Shown: one piece after another, positions 15,133 through 23,798 of the stretch
Position numbering within the stretch: position 1 is the stretch's first letter
Layout: each line of letters starts with the position of its first letter
Origin: a virus
Taxonomy: Duplodnaviria > Caudoviricetes
DNA length: 30,208 bases
IMG/VR virus record: IMGVR_UViG_3300049781_000114
Location: 1 to 30,208 of that record
Strand: one strand, 5' to 3'
Notes under the pieces: generated by a model
The model's database searches: none
Told to the model about the DNA's origin: nothing
Seen by the model: only the letters and a program-made list of their open reading frames with translations
Translations under genes and position numbers: made by a program

Positions 15133-17175
15133 ATGGCTGGTGCCGGATTCACTATCGCCAGTGGTCATGTGCGGATTGAGGCGGACGTCGACAACGCACA
15201 GACCAAGATTACGAACCTGATTACCAAGCTTGTCTCTGTTGGTCCGGCCGCAGGTGGAGCCGCAACCGTAGTGGCAGGCGCATTAGGCAGCGTTACCGCT
15301 GCTGTCGTAGCCGCAGGAGCGGCTACCGGTGCTTTCGCTGTAGCTGCAAAGCCTCAGCTTGCTGAGGTAACAGAAGTAACCAAGCTCTATGAGGCAGCAC
15401 AGAAGGCGGCTGCTGACGGTGCCTCCGATGCAGCGGAGAAGCAGAAGGCTTACCAGGAGGCACTAGCCAAGCTTCCTCCGGCTACTCGGGACACTGCTGT
15501 AGCTCTTAGCAAGCTGAAGACCGAGACCAAGTCTTGGTCCGACTCTCTAGCCGGTACCACAATGCCTGTCTTCACTAAGGGCATCAACGTACTAAGGGAC
15601 GTTATCCCGCAGCTAACCCCACTGGTTAAGACAGCGGGTGGAGCCTTCTCCGGCTTCATGGATCAGTTGAAGTCGGACGTTAACTCCGGCGGCTTCAAGT
15701 CCTTCATGGACGGACTGAACAAGGCGGCTAAGGAAGCTCTCCCAGATCTTCTCTCCGCTGGACGAGACGTCTTCCGTGGAATCGGTGGCGTTATCGGTGC
15801 CTTCCTTCCGCACGCCGGACAGGCTTCCGAGAAGATTGCCCAGATGGCTAAGGCTTTCGGGGATTGGGCACAGGAGCTAGGAAGTAGCCAGGGGTTCAAG
15901 GACTTCATGTCCTTTGTCTCTCAGAACGGTCCGAAGATTGTTACGACTCTCGGCAATCTCGCGGTAACCGCTCAGAAGCTTTGGCAGGCTTTCTCTCCTC
16001 TAGCCAGCATTCAGCTAACTGTGTTGGCTGAGTTGTCCGGCCTCATTGCGGCGCTTCCACCACCCGTGATCTTGGCTTTGGCTGCTGCCATTGTTGCCGT
16101 GAAGGTCGCAATCATGGGCTTCCAGATCTATGCGGCTCTAACGGCTCCGACTATGGCCCCGCTTATTGCGTCTACGTGGGCATGGACAGTGGCCCTTCTG
16201 GCTAACCCGCTTACCTGGATCATTGCCGGAATCATCGCGCTTATCGCGGTCATTGTTCTTATCGCCACTAAGACCGACTGGTTCCAGAAGCTTTGGTCTG
16301 TTTGCTGGGGTGCAATCAAGACGGCTACTTCCGCAGCTTGGGACTGGATCAAGGGCGCAGTCTCTAAGGGCTTCGACTTCCTAAAGAACCTGTTCCTGAA
16401 CTTCACCGGTCCCGGACTAATCATCAAGCATTGGGACAAGATCAAGTCTGCTACTGGTGCTGCTTGGCAGTGGGTAAAGGACAAGGTCTCTTCTGCGATT
16501 AACGCGGTGAAGTCCACTGTCTCTACCGTGACAAGCGCCATTTCTTCTAAGGTCTCTAGTGTCTGGGGCTCTATCAAGTCCGGCACTTCTGCGGCTTGGT
16601 CCTGGATCAAGTCCAAGGTGACTGACGGAATCAATGGAGCCAAGAACGCGGTGACTACTGCGGTAGGCAAGATTGCCTCTACCATTTCTAGTATCAAGGG
16701 CAAGGTGACTGGTGCCCTTTCTGGTGCGGCTTCTTTCCTCTACAACTCCGGACAGGCCATCATCCGTGGACTGATCAACGGTATTAAGTCCATGGCCGGA
16801 TCTGTGAAGAACGCGGTAAGCGGAGTTCTCCAGGGTGCCCGTAATCTCCTGCCGTTCTCTCCGGCTAAGGAAGGCCCGTTCTCGGGTAAGGGTTGGACCG
16901 AGTATTCCGGTGCCTCTCTTATGAAGGGGCTTGCAACCGGTATCGACAACACGGCCGGACTTCCTTACCAGTCCATGAGCAGTGCACTCGGAGGAGTGTC
17001 CGGGGTGACTGCTAGTCAGCCAGTAATGGCGACAGGTGGAAACACCTACAACCTCACAGTCAATGTGGAATCCAAGTGGGATTTGAACTCTCCGGCTGAG
17101 CGTCGGGCGCTAGCCAAGCTCACTGCTAAGGAGTTCGCAGAAGAACTACGCAACCAGGAGAAGGAGCAGCGGTAA
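15133..17175 (+). CDS. Tape measure protein (680 aa)
   Basis: Ala/Gly-rich helical sequence, LANP motif, Trp-spaced repeats and PFSPAKEGP near the C-terminus. Confidence 0.92.
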   Translation: MAGAGFTIASGHVRIEADVDNAQTKITNLITKLVSVGPAAGGAATVVAGALGSVTAAVVAAGAATGAFAVAAKPQLAEVTEVTKLYEAAQKAAADGASDAAEKQKAYQEALAKLPPATRDTAVALSKLKTETKSWSDSLAGTTMPVFTKGINVLRDVIPQLTPLVKTAGGAFSGFMDQLKSDVNSGGFKSFMDGLNKAAKEALPDLLSAGRDVFRGIGGVIGAFLPHAGQASEKIAQMAKAFGDWAQELGSSQGFKDFMSFVSQNGPKIVTTLGNLAVTAQKLWQAFSPLASIQLTVLAELSGLIAALPPPVILALAAAIVAVKVAIMGFQIYAALTAPTMAPLIASTWAWTVALLANPLTWIIAGIIALIAVIVLIATKTDWFQKLWSVCWGAIKTATSAAWDWIKGAVSKGFDFLKNLFLNFTGPGLIIKHWDKIKSATGAAWQWVKDKVSSAINAVKSTVSTVTSAISSKVSSVWGSIKSGTSAAWSWIKSKVTDGINGAKNAVTTAVGKIASTISSIKGKVTGALSGAASFLYNSGQAIIRGLINGIKSMAGSVKNAVSGVLQGARNLLPFSPAKEGPFSGKGWTEYSGASLMKGLATGIDNTAGLPYQSMSSALGGVSGVTASQPVMATGGNTYNLTVNVESKWDLNSPAERRALAKLTAKEFAEELRNQEKEQR

Positions 17176-18386
17176 TGGCAGTCGATTGGGGAACAGTAAC
17201 CGTCGGTCGCATCTCTCTGCGTGAAACCTTCTCGGTAGCGGAGACCGGAGGTTCTACACCGACGCTCGCATTGGAGGGTCAGGAGGCTTCTCCTGACCTC
17301 TCCCGTGAAGCGCTTTATCAGCTACACGAAAACCTTCTAGCCCTTGAGGTGGGGAAGGTCTACCCCCTCACCTTTGAGGACAAGCCAGAGCGGGACGGCT
17401 ACTACACGCTGAACTCCAATTCAGCGGAAGTGGTCGAGTACCGCAATGACTTAGTGCTTTGTGACTGGAAGCTAGCTTTCAATCGCTTGGGCTCTCAGAA
17501 CGACATTGACCTACAGAGCCGCCTTACTGGGGCGACTCGTGCCAATGACTTCTCTCTGACTGGTGAGACAACCCATGCTCCGGCCCTGGAGCACTACGGC
17601 TACTACACGGGTGCGACGTCCCCCAGCTCGATGACGCGCACGGGCCTGGACGGCTCTCTGACGGTCTATCGGAACGTGCCTGCCGGAGTGTCCCCACGGT
17701 GGGGAGCAACAGCCGCAGAAGCCCTTACAGGGCGCGTCCGGCTGGTGTCCTCCGGCATTGCTCCGGCAGGGGTGGAGCTGGACGGCTGCATGCACGTCAT
17801 GAGCCCTACGGCCTGGACCCTGAGCAACGGTCTCGTGAACCTCTCTCCGTCTGTGTCGGCGGGGGTCCTGGACGTTGCTTCCTATTCCGGCGGTAGCTAC
17901 CACTCCAAGCTCTGGAGGGTGACCGTTGGGGGAGTGGCACCGGTCTGGGATGCGGCCACTGTCCTACGCAATGACCTGGAAATGGTTCACGTCCGGCTGA
18001 CGGCTTCCAGGAGCCCCGGAAGGGTTGCCCTGGACCTAACTCTTAGGCGGGGTTCTCGACTCATTGAGGGACGCCTACAGAGCGGTTCTAGCACCACTCT
18101 CGGGCTAGCTCTGGTCACCCCTGAGACCAACGTGAACACGTCGGCATCCGGCTATATGACAGCCACTTCCAACGATGCCGACGGAAACCGTTTCGTGTGT
18201 GGTTCCGCCCGGACATTCACCGGCTCTACTAACGGCTCACTCACCAAGGCGTCTAGCAACGACTGGAGTTTCTTCATCGGTGCCGTTATCGCCGGAGGTT
18301 CCGCCGTATCCGGTGACACAGCCTTAGACCTTCGGAATCAGTACATCGGCTTCATGGCCGAACAGACCTATGGAGTCAAGCGATGA
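17175..18386 (+). CDS. Minor tail protein (distal-tail position)
   Basis: Directly coupled to the tape measure gene (TAATG). Beta-rich composition. Confidence 0.7.
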   Translation: MAVDWGTVTVGRISLRETFSVAETGGSTPTLALEGQEASPDLSREALYQLHENLLALEVGKVYPLTFEDKPERDGYYTLNSNSAEVVEYRNDLVLCDWKLAFNRLGSQNDIDLQSRLTGATRANDFSLTGETTHAPALEHYGYYTGATSPSSMTRTGLDGSLTVYRNVPAGVSPRWGATAAEALTGRVRLVSSGIAPAGVELDGCMHVMSPTAWTLSNGLVNLSPSVSAGVLDVASYSGGSYHSKLWRVTVGGVAPVWDAATVLRNDLEMVHVRLTASRSPGRVALDLTLRRGSRLIEGRLQSGSSTTLGLALVTPETNVNTSASGYMTATSNDADGNRFVCGSARTFTGSTNGSLTKASSNDWSFFIGAVIAGGSAVSGDTALDLRNQYIGFMAEQTYGVKR

Positions 18387-18754
18387 ACACGGGAATGCAG
18401 ATCCTCTTATCCGTGGCGGCTGCTGTCGCGGCTATCGGCGTCATCTGGCATCAGCTAATCCGGCCTCTATGGCGGAGCCTCAAGCGTGGCGAACAGGTCT
18501 GGGAGAGCGTCAACACCATTGAGCCCTTCCAGGCCGAGGTAAGGGAATTCATGGTTGAGATGCGTGAACACCGGGACTTTGTGAATCACGAACTCAACTA
18601 CAACTCCGGTAGCAGCGTTAAGGACATGACGCGTGCTGGTAAGGAAGCCGCTGACGCTGCTAAGGCTGCTATTGAGCATCACATCAACACACCCGAGTTA
18701 CACCGGCCTTTCCAGGTCAACGTAAACACCAACGACAACTCCAGCCTTAACTAA
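18383..18754 (+). CDS. Single-TM membrane protein, possibly holin-like, embedded among tail genes
   Basis: N-terminal TM segment ILLSVAAAVAAIGVIW and NSGSSVKD motif. ATGA overlap with the upstream gene. Confidence 0.55.
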   Translation: MNTGMQILLSVAAAVAAIGVIWHQLIRPLWRSLKRGEQVWESVNTIEPFQAEVREFMVEMREHRDFVNHELNYNSGSSVKDMTRAGKEAADAAKAAIEHHINTPELHRPFQVNVNTNDNSSLN

Positions 18755-18768
18755 GGGAGGTACCGACA

Positions 18769-21699
18769 ATGGCTGTACGTGAAGTACTACACGCATTAGG
18801 AAGCTTCGACTTCAAGCTCAAGGGGACAACACCCCGTGACGTCCTGGACGCTATCCAGTACTTCGGTCACATTGCGATTCTCCCTGGACGCGTCTACATC
18901 GAGGAAGCCGGGGACAACTCCCTTACTGCGGCTCGTTACGTGGGTGTCGTTCGTAAGAAGAAGATTGGTGACGATGCCCGTACCTCTGAAGTAGGGGATG
19001 ACCTACAGATCGGCGGAGTGGGTATTGCCTTCTGGCTCGGTGACGACGACTCCGACCGTGGAAAGGGAGACGTCATTGAGGTTCCTGCCACGTTCACTAA
19101 CGAGACGTTCGCCAACACTGTTAGGGGACTACTCCCGGACGCTGTAGTAGAGAACACCATCTACTCCGTATCTGGTGGGTTCTCTGGGCAGTTCGTCTAC
19201 GAGACTCCGCGTACTGCGATTCAGTACGTGTGCGACACCTTTTCGGCAAGCACTGGATTACCGGTCTCTTGGAGGGTTAACGGGGACGCTTCTCTAGATG
19301 CCGGACCTGAGTCTGATCTCTACGTGACCAACCCGACTTGCGTAGTGGTTCGTCGTGGCTTTGGTGAAGACATGTCTATGCGTGCGCTTGAAGGCAGCAT
19401 GGACGTTGAAGAGGACATGGAGGATTTCAGCACTCGCGTTGTCCTCTTGGCTGAGGGTGAAGGAACCACAATCGCTACCGGCTCTGCCGATATCTCCGGC
19501 GGACTGAACCCTTACAAGGATCTGCACGGTAACTCGCTCAAGCTCACTCGTATTGCGAGTGAGTCTGACACCTCTACGGGGAACGCAGAGGCTAGGGCTC
19601 AGCTCCAGCTAAACCGCTTCTCCAGTAGCCGTAAGGCTCTGTCCCTCTCTGCCGATGACTACGACGTTCACGGGTCTTTCAACGTGGGTGACTACATCTA
19701 CGTCTATGACCCTGATGCCGGACTAGTGGACACCAACCACGAAATCGAGTTCAGGGGAGAGCGGCTTAACCCGATCAAGCTCCAGGTACACGAGACCTCT
19801 TGGAGCATCACTAGCGGTTACTCGGTTGGCTATAGGGACCGAGCCGGTAACTGGTATGACCTCACTGACTACATCGACTTTGAGACTCTGTCGTCTTCCA
19901 AGATCACTGTTGGTGACTTCTCTCGGACCCTTTCCGTAAGCAGCGGTGAAAGCGTCGGCACCCGTCCGAATGCAGATACCTCTACTCCGGATACTCCTAC
20001 ATGGCTGGAACCGTTCCAGACGCTCAACTACCAGGATGACCTAGGGTTCACGCGCTCTCGTGTAAGGCTTTCTTGGAGTGCTCCGAACAACACAGACGGC
20101 TCTACCGTTCTGGACGGAGACCACTACGAAATCCAGGTACGAGTAGATACCGACGCGATCTATCCGCAGTCCTGGTCTTCCGTTAGCTCTACCTCTTGGC
20201 AGGATGCCAACTCTTGGGCTCAGCCGTTCACCCCTTCTCTGAGTGCTTGGGAAACCAAGTACGTGGCTTGGGGCGAGACGGTTTATGACCTCAACGACCT
20301 AGCTACAGGGGTTGGATATGACGTCCGTATTCGCGGAGTCGACACAGCCGGAAACATCGGTGAATGGGAAGAGACCACCTTTGTCACTACTCAGGACAAC
20401 GTAGCCCCGAGCACTCCGGCGGCTCCGTCTGTTGCTGGTTCTCGTATCGCCCTACAGGTGACACACGAACTCGGAAGGGCAACCGGCGGAACCTTCAACC
20501 TTGAGGCCGACTTACACCACCTAGAAATTCACGTCGACTACGAACCCCACTTCACCCCTAGTGACACGACCCTCAAGGGCACCGTGATTGCTAATCAGGG
20601 AATGATTGCGGCTCAGATTCCCGCTGTGGTTACGGTCCAGGTGGAGGAGACCTCTACCCGGTACGTGCGGGTTATTGCGGTAGACCGAGCCGGTAACAAG
20701 TCGCTCGCGTCTGATGCGGCATCGGCTGACGCTCTGCTTATCGATGACGCTCACATCAGTGATCTGACAGTAAGCAAGCTGACTGCCGGAACCATTTCAG
20801 CGGACTTCATCCTTGGTGCTCGTATCAAGACTGCCAACGATGGTGCACGTGTAGAGATGAATCAGAACGGCATTGAGGCTTACAACTCGGCCGGACAGCA
20901 GACCGTAGACATCGGCACAGACGGAAACGTATCGATGATCGGTACGTTCTCTTCCGGGCCGGAAGGGTCTTCTAAGCGGGTTGTACTTAACCCGGGAAAC
21001 ACCGGACTCCCTGAGATTCGCTTCTACTCCAATGACGGAACTGAGTACGGCGGTATCAACGGCGCTACCAGCTCTGGTGACGATGACCAGGAAGTAGCTA
21101 TGGGTATGTTCTCGTCTAACTGGACGGGTGATGCCGATATTGAGAGGCAGTCGCGTATTCGCCTGTACAAGGGTGGGGGTTCCTTTGAGGTAGTCACTGA
21201 TGAGCAGCAGGCTTACGGCGGCTTCCATCTGATCACCGACACCTACGCACGTTCCGGTTATAGGGATGCCGTACAGACCTACGGCACGGTTTACGTAGAC
21301 GTCGATACTGCCATTGTCGAAATCGTCGACTCTGGCACTGCTCTAGCGCTTGGAAGTACAGAGGCTTCGATCTTCTATAAGCGCGCTACAGCGGATGAAC
21401 AGGGGTTCATCTTCGGGAACACCACAACCCACTACGGGTCTTGGAATGACTTTGTCAGCGCTAGCTCTACTCAGGGCATCTTCACCGGAACGGTTGACGC
21501 GTCTTCCGGTTCTAGTTCTCTGGGACTGACCTACGGTCCAACGATGGCTTCCCAGATGATTCCTATCGTCTCTATCCGAGACGACATTGCCCACTCGTTC
21601 AACATTAGTGATGCGACCGCCATTGGATTCTCTACAGAGATTAGCCCCGCTGGTTCAGGTGTCTGGGCTCTGTACTTCTGGTGCTGGCGTCTCGGATAA
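18769..21699 (+). CDS. Large tail-tip/hub protein with fibronectin-III-like domains and a C-terminal fibre (976 aa)
   Basis: Hub-like N-terminus. FN3-like segments LSWSAP..YDVRIRGVDTAGN and YVRVIAVDRAGNKS. ISDLTVSKLTAGTI beta-helix motif. Confidence 0.8.
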   Translation: MAVREVLHALGSFDFKLKGTTPRDVLDAIQYFGHIAILPGRVYIEEAGDNSLTAARYVGVVRKKKIGDDARTSEVGDDLQIGGVGIAFWLGDDDSDRGKGDVIEVPATFTNETFANTVRGLLPDAVVENTIYSVSGGFSGQFVYETPRTAIQYVCDTFSASTGLPVSWRVNGDASLDAGPESDLYVTNPTCVVVRRGFGEDMSMRALEGSMDVEEDMEDFSTRVVLLAEGEGTTIATGSADISGGLNPYKDLHGNSLKLTRIASESDTSTGNAEARAQLQLNRFSSSRKALSLSADDYDVHGSFNVGDYIYVYDPDAGLVDTNHEIEFRGERLNPIKLQVHETSWSITSGYSVGYRDRAGNWYDLTDYIDFETLSSSKITVGDFSRTLSVSSGESVGTRPNADTSTPDTPTWLEPFQTLNYQDDLGFTRSRVRLSWSAPNNTDGSTVLDGDHYEIQVRVDTDAIYPQSWSSVSSTSWQDANSWAQPFTPSLSAWETKYVAWGETVYDLNDLATGVGYDVRIRGVDTAGNIGEWEETTFVTTQDNVAPSTPAAPSVAGSRIALQVTHELGRATGGTFNLEADLHHLEIHVDYEPHFTPSDTTLKGTVIANQGMIAAQIPAVVTVQVEETSTRYVRVIAVDRAGNKSLASDAASADALLIDDAHISDLTVSKLTAGTISADFILGARIKTANDGARVEMNQNGIEAYNSAGQQTVDIGTDGNVSMIGTFSSGPEGSSKRVVLNPGNTGLPEIRFYSNDGTEYGGINGATSSGDDDQEVAMGMFSSNWTGDADIERQSRIRLYKGGGSFEVVTDEQQAYGGFHLITDTYARSGYRDAVQTYGTVYVDVDTAIVEIVDSGTALALGSTEASIFYKRATADEQGFIFGNTTTHYGSWNDFVSASSTQGIFTGTVDASSGSSSLGLTYGPTMASQMIPIVSIRDDIAHSFNISDATAIGFSTEISPAGSGVWALYFWCWRLG

Positions 21700-21710
21700 G
21701 GAGATCAGGA

Positions 21711-22256
21711 ATGAAGGAGCTTGAGTTAACCAACGCAGAAGAGTACTTCCACGGGTCAACGACATGTTGGCGAGTGACCTACCGCAAGGAAGACGGGACT
21801 AATCACACGCACGTCTTCCCGAAGGACACTTTTGACTGGCGTGCGGCTGAGTACGACATTGATCCAGCGGATATCGAAACGCTTATGGATGTTGTTCTTC
21901 ACGAACCGTACGTAGACCCGATGGATACCGCTGTACGTGAAGCCGGAAAGCTCTCCCCCGCACTCCAGAACAACAAGACAACTCGCAGGGGAGAGCCTGA
22001 GCCAACGAACCTCTTCAATGCGGAGTCCATCTCTGAGGCACGTGAAGCACATCTACTCAGGATTGAGGACGCTAAGACAAACCGAGTGAATATCAGGGCC
22101 CCCAAGGGTGCTGATCCTCGGGACGAGATTCGTAACAAGTATCGAGTAAACCGCTCTGCGGTTGCCGAAAAGAAGCAGCTTGTTACAGAGGGCCGGAGGT
22201 TACTCCGGGAAGGTATTCCGATTGCAGTGCCCGACAAGATTAGGAAGGAGGCGTAG
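21711..22256 (+). CDS. Hypothetical tail-region protein (181 aa)
   Basis: AAGGAG RBS before ATG 21711. In the operon. Confidence 0.65.
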   Translation: MKELELTNAEEYFHGSTTCWRVTYRKEDGTNHTHVFPKDTFDWRAAEYDIDPADIETLMDVVLHEPYVDPMDTAVREAGKLSPALQNNKTTRRGEPEPTNLFNAESISEAREAHLLRIEDAKTNRVNIRAPKGADPRDEIRNKYRVNRSAVAEKKQLVTEGRRLLREGIPIAVPDKIRKEA

Positions 22257-22258
22257 AC

Positions 22259-23194
22259 GTGGCTGGAACTACAACAACGCGTCTGGCCTTGTATAAGCCG
22301 GACCCGGTTGATGACATCAATGTTGCCACCGACCTAAACGCCAACTACGACAAGATCGACCTGGATATCGGATATCGGGTGTGCACTTCCAGTACTCGCC
22401 CTTCTTCCCCATTCGTCGGACAGAAGATCTATGAGACCGACACAGGGAAGATTCTTTTCCGTACCAACTCTGCCACTTGGCAGGAGATCTTTGCTGCGGG
22501 TACTCAGATCAGTCTCAACAACACCAACAATGCGACGCTAAGCAGTACGGGTCATGCTCTTCAGATCGGACCAACGTCCGGCATTAACCTAATCGCTGAC
22601 AACGACTCGCTGATTGCAAGGAATAATGGTGGTGCGTCCACTCTGTCTCTGAACACGACAGGTGGAAACGTAACTATCGGTGCCACGGGGTCAACCGTGA
22701 CTATCCCTGGAACTCTGGTAGTTGGTGGCCAGTACTTCCCGGTGACTATGTACCGCACTACCAACCTGGATAGGGCAAGCACCACCACGTTTGCGGCGGA
22801 CCCTGTTCTACAGGCGTCTCTAGCCGCCAACGCGGTTTACCTAGTTGAGGTTTACCTGAACTACGGTGCTCTTGCAGCGGCCGACATTAAGACTCAGTGG
22901 ACGGCTCCGGCTGGTGCTACAGGAAACCGTGCGGTAATGGGTCCCGGCTCTACAGCCGCTAACGCTTCCGCCGACAACATCAGCATGCGCAGCGGTGTGC
23001 ACAGCTTCACAACATCCGTTACCTACTCGGGTGTTAGGGACAGTCAGAGCAACCTCTCTATTGCTACTGAGACTTCCATCGTTACTACAACTACCGCCGG
23101 AACTCTGTCTCTTGACTGGGCTCAGGTCACTTCCAACGCAACAGGTAGCCGCATGGGTGCGGGTAGCTGGATGCGAGTTACCCGACTCGCTTAA
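22259..23194 (+). CDS. Minor tail/fibre protein
   Basis: N-terminal TTRLALYKP..DLNANYDKID..TRPSSPFVGQKIYETDT, typical of actinophage tail fibres. Beta-sandwich-like C-terminus. Confidence 0.75.
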   Translation: MAGTTTTRLALYKPDPVDDINVATDLNANYDKIDLDIGYRVCTSSTRPSSPFVGQKIYETDTGKILFRTNSATWQEIFAAGTQISLNNTNNATLSSTGHALQIGPTSGINLIADNDSLIARNNGGASTLSLNTTGGNVTIGATGSTVTIPGTLVVGGQYFPVTMYRTTNLDRASTTTFAADPVLQASLAANAVYLVEVYLNYGALAAADIKTQWTAPAGATGNRAVMGPGSTAANASADNISMRSGVHSFTTSVTYSGVRDSQSNLSIATETSIVTTTTAGTLSLDWAQVTSNATGSRMGAGSWMRVTRLA

Positions 23195-23214
23195 TCACTC
23201 TAGGAGTAAATGAA

Positions 23215-23736
23215 ATGGCTAATGACGGAACAGGCATCAAGGGCACACTAAACATCAAGCTCACCGGTCCGGATGGAAAGGTGAAGGTGGACAAGACAGT
23301 TCACAACCTGATCACCACCGTAGGAGATCAGTACTACGCCAAGATGGGCTGTGCTGGAGTAGGCGGAAACACCGCTCCAACTCTGGCCAACGGAATGAAG
23401 TTAGGAACCTCTAGCGCTGCGGTTGCTAAGTCCTCTACTGGAAGCTTCATCGCTAACGCTGGTTACATTGCTGGCTCTAACAACACCTTCGACTCCGTTA
23501 CTGCGGCTGTCGTATCTGGTGACACCGGTTGGAAGATTACCTACGTTGCCTCTTGGGCGGCTGGTGACGCTACAGCCACTATCGAGGAAGCAGCGATTGT
23601 CACTGACCAGGCGACCGACAACACCTCTACTGGTGCTTCTGTCTGCATCGCTCGTGTTCTCACTGGAACCATCGTCAAGGGAAGTGCCGACACTCTGACC
23701 CTTACTTGGGTACACACCTTCTTCGACGCTCCGTAA
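23215..23736 (+). CDS. Probable high-copy virion fibre/decoration subunit (173 aa)
   Basis: HNLITTVG...GTS...TIEEAAI...DTLTLTW pattern. Capsid-like codon bias and its own downstream terminator. Confidence 0.62.
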   Translation: MANDGTGIKGTLNIKLTGPDGKVKVDKTVHNLITTVGDQYYAKMGCAGVGGNTAPTLANGMKLGTSSAAVAKSSTGSFIANAGYIAGSNNTFDSVTAAVVSGDTGWKITYVASWAAGDATATIEEAAIVTDQATDNTSTGASVCIARVLTGTIVKGSADTLTLTWVHTFFDAP

Positions 23737-23750
23737 ATCTGGGCTGGAAT

Positions 23751-23774
23751 CAGGGACGGTTTCGGCCGTCCCTG
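23751..23774 (+). terminator. Hairpin after the 173-aa gene
   Basis: CAGGGACGGT-TTCG-GCCGTCCCTG. Confidence 0.75.
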
Positions 23775-23798
23775 TTCCGTATCTAAGGAGGTGAACCA

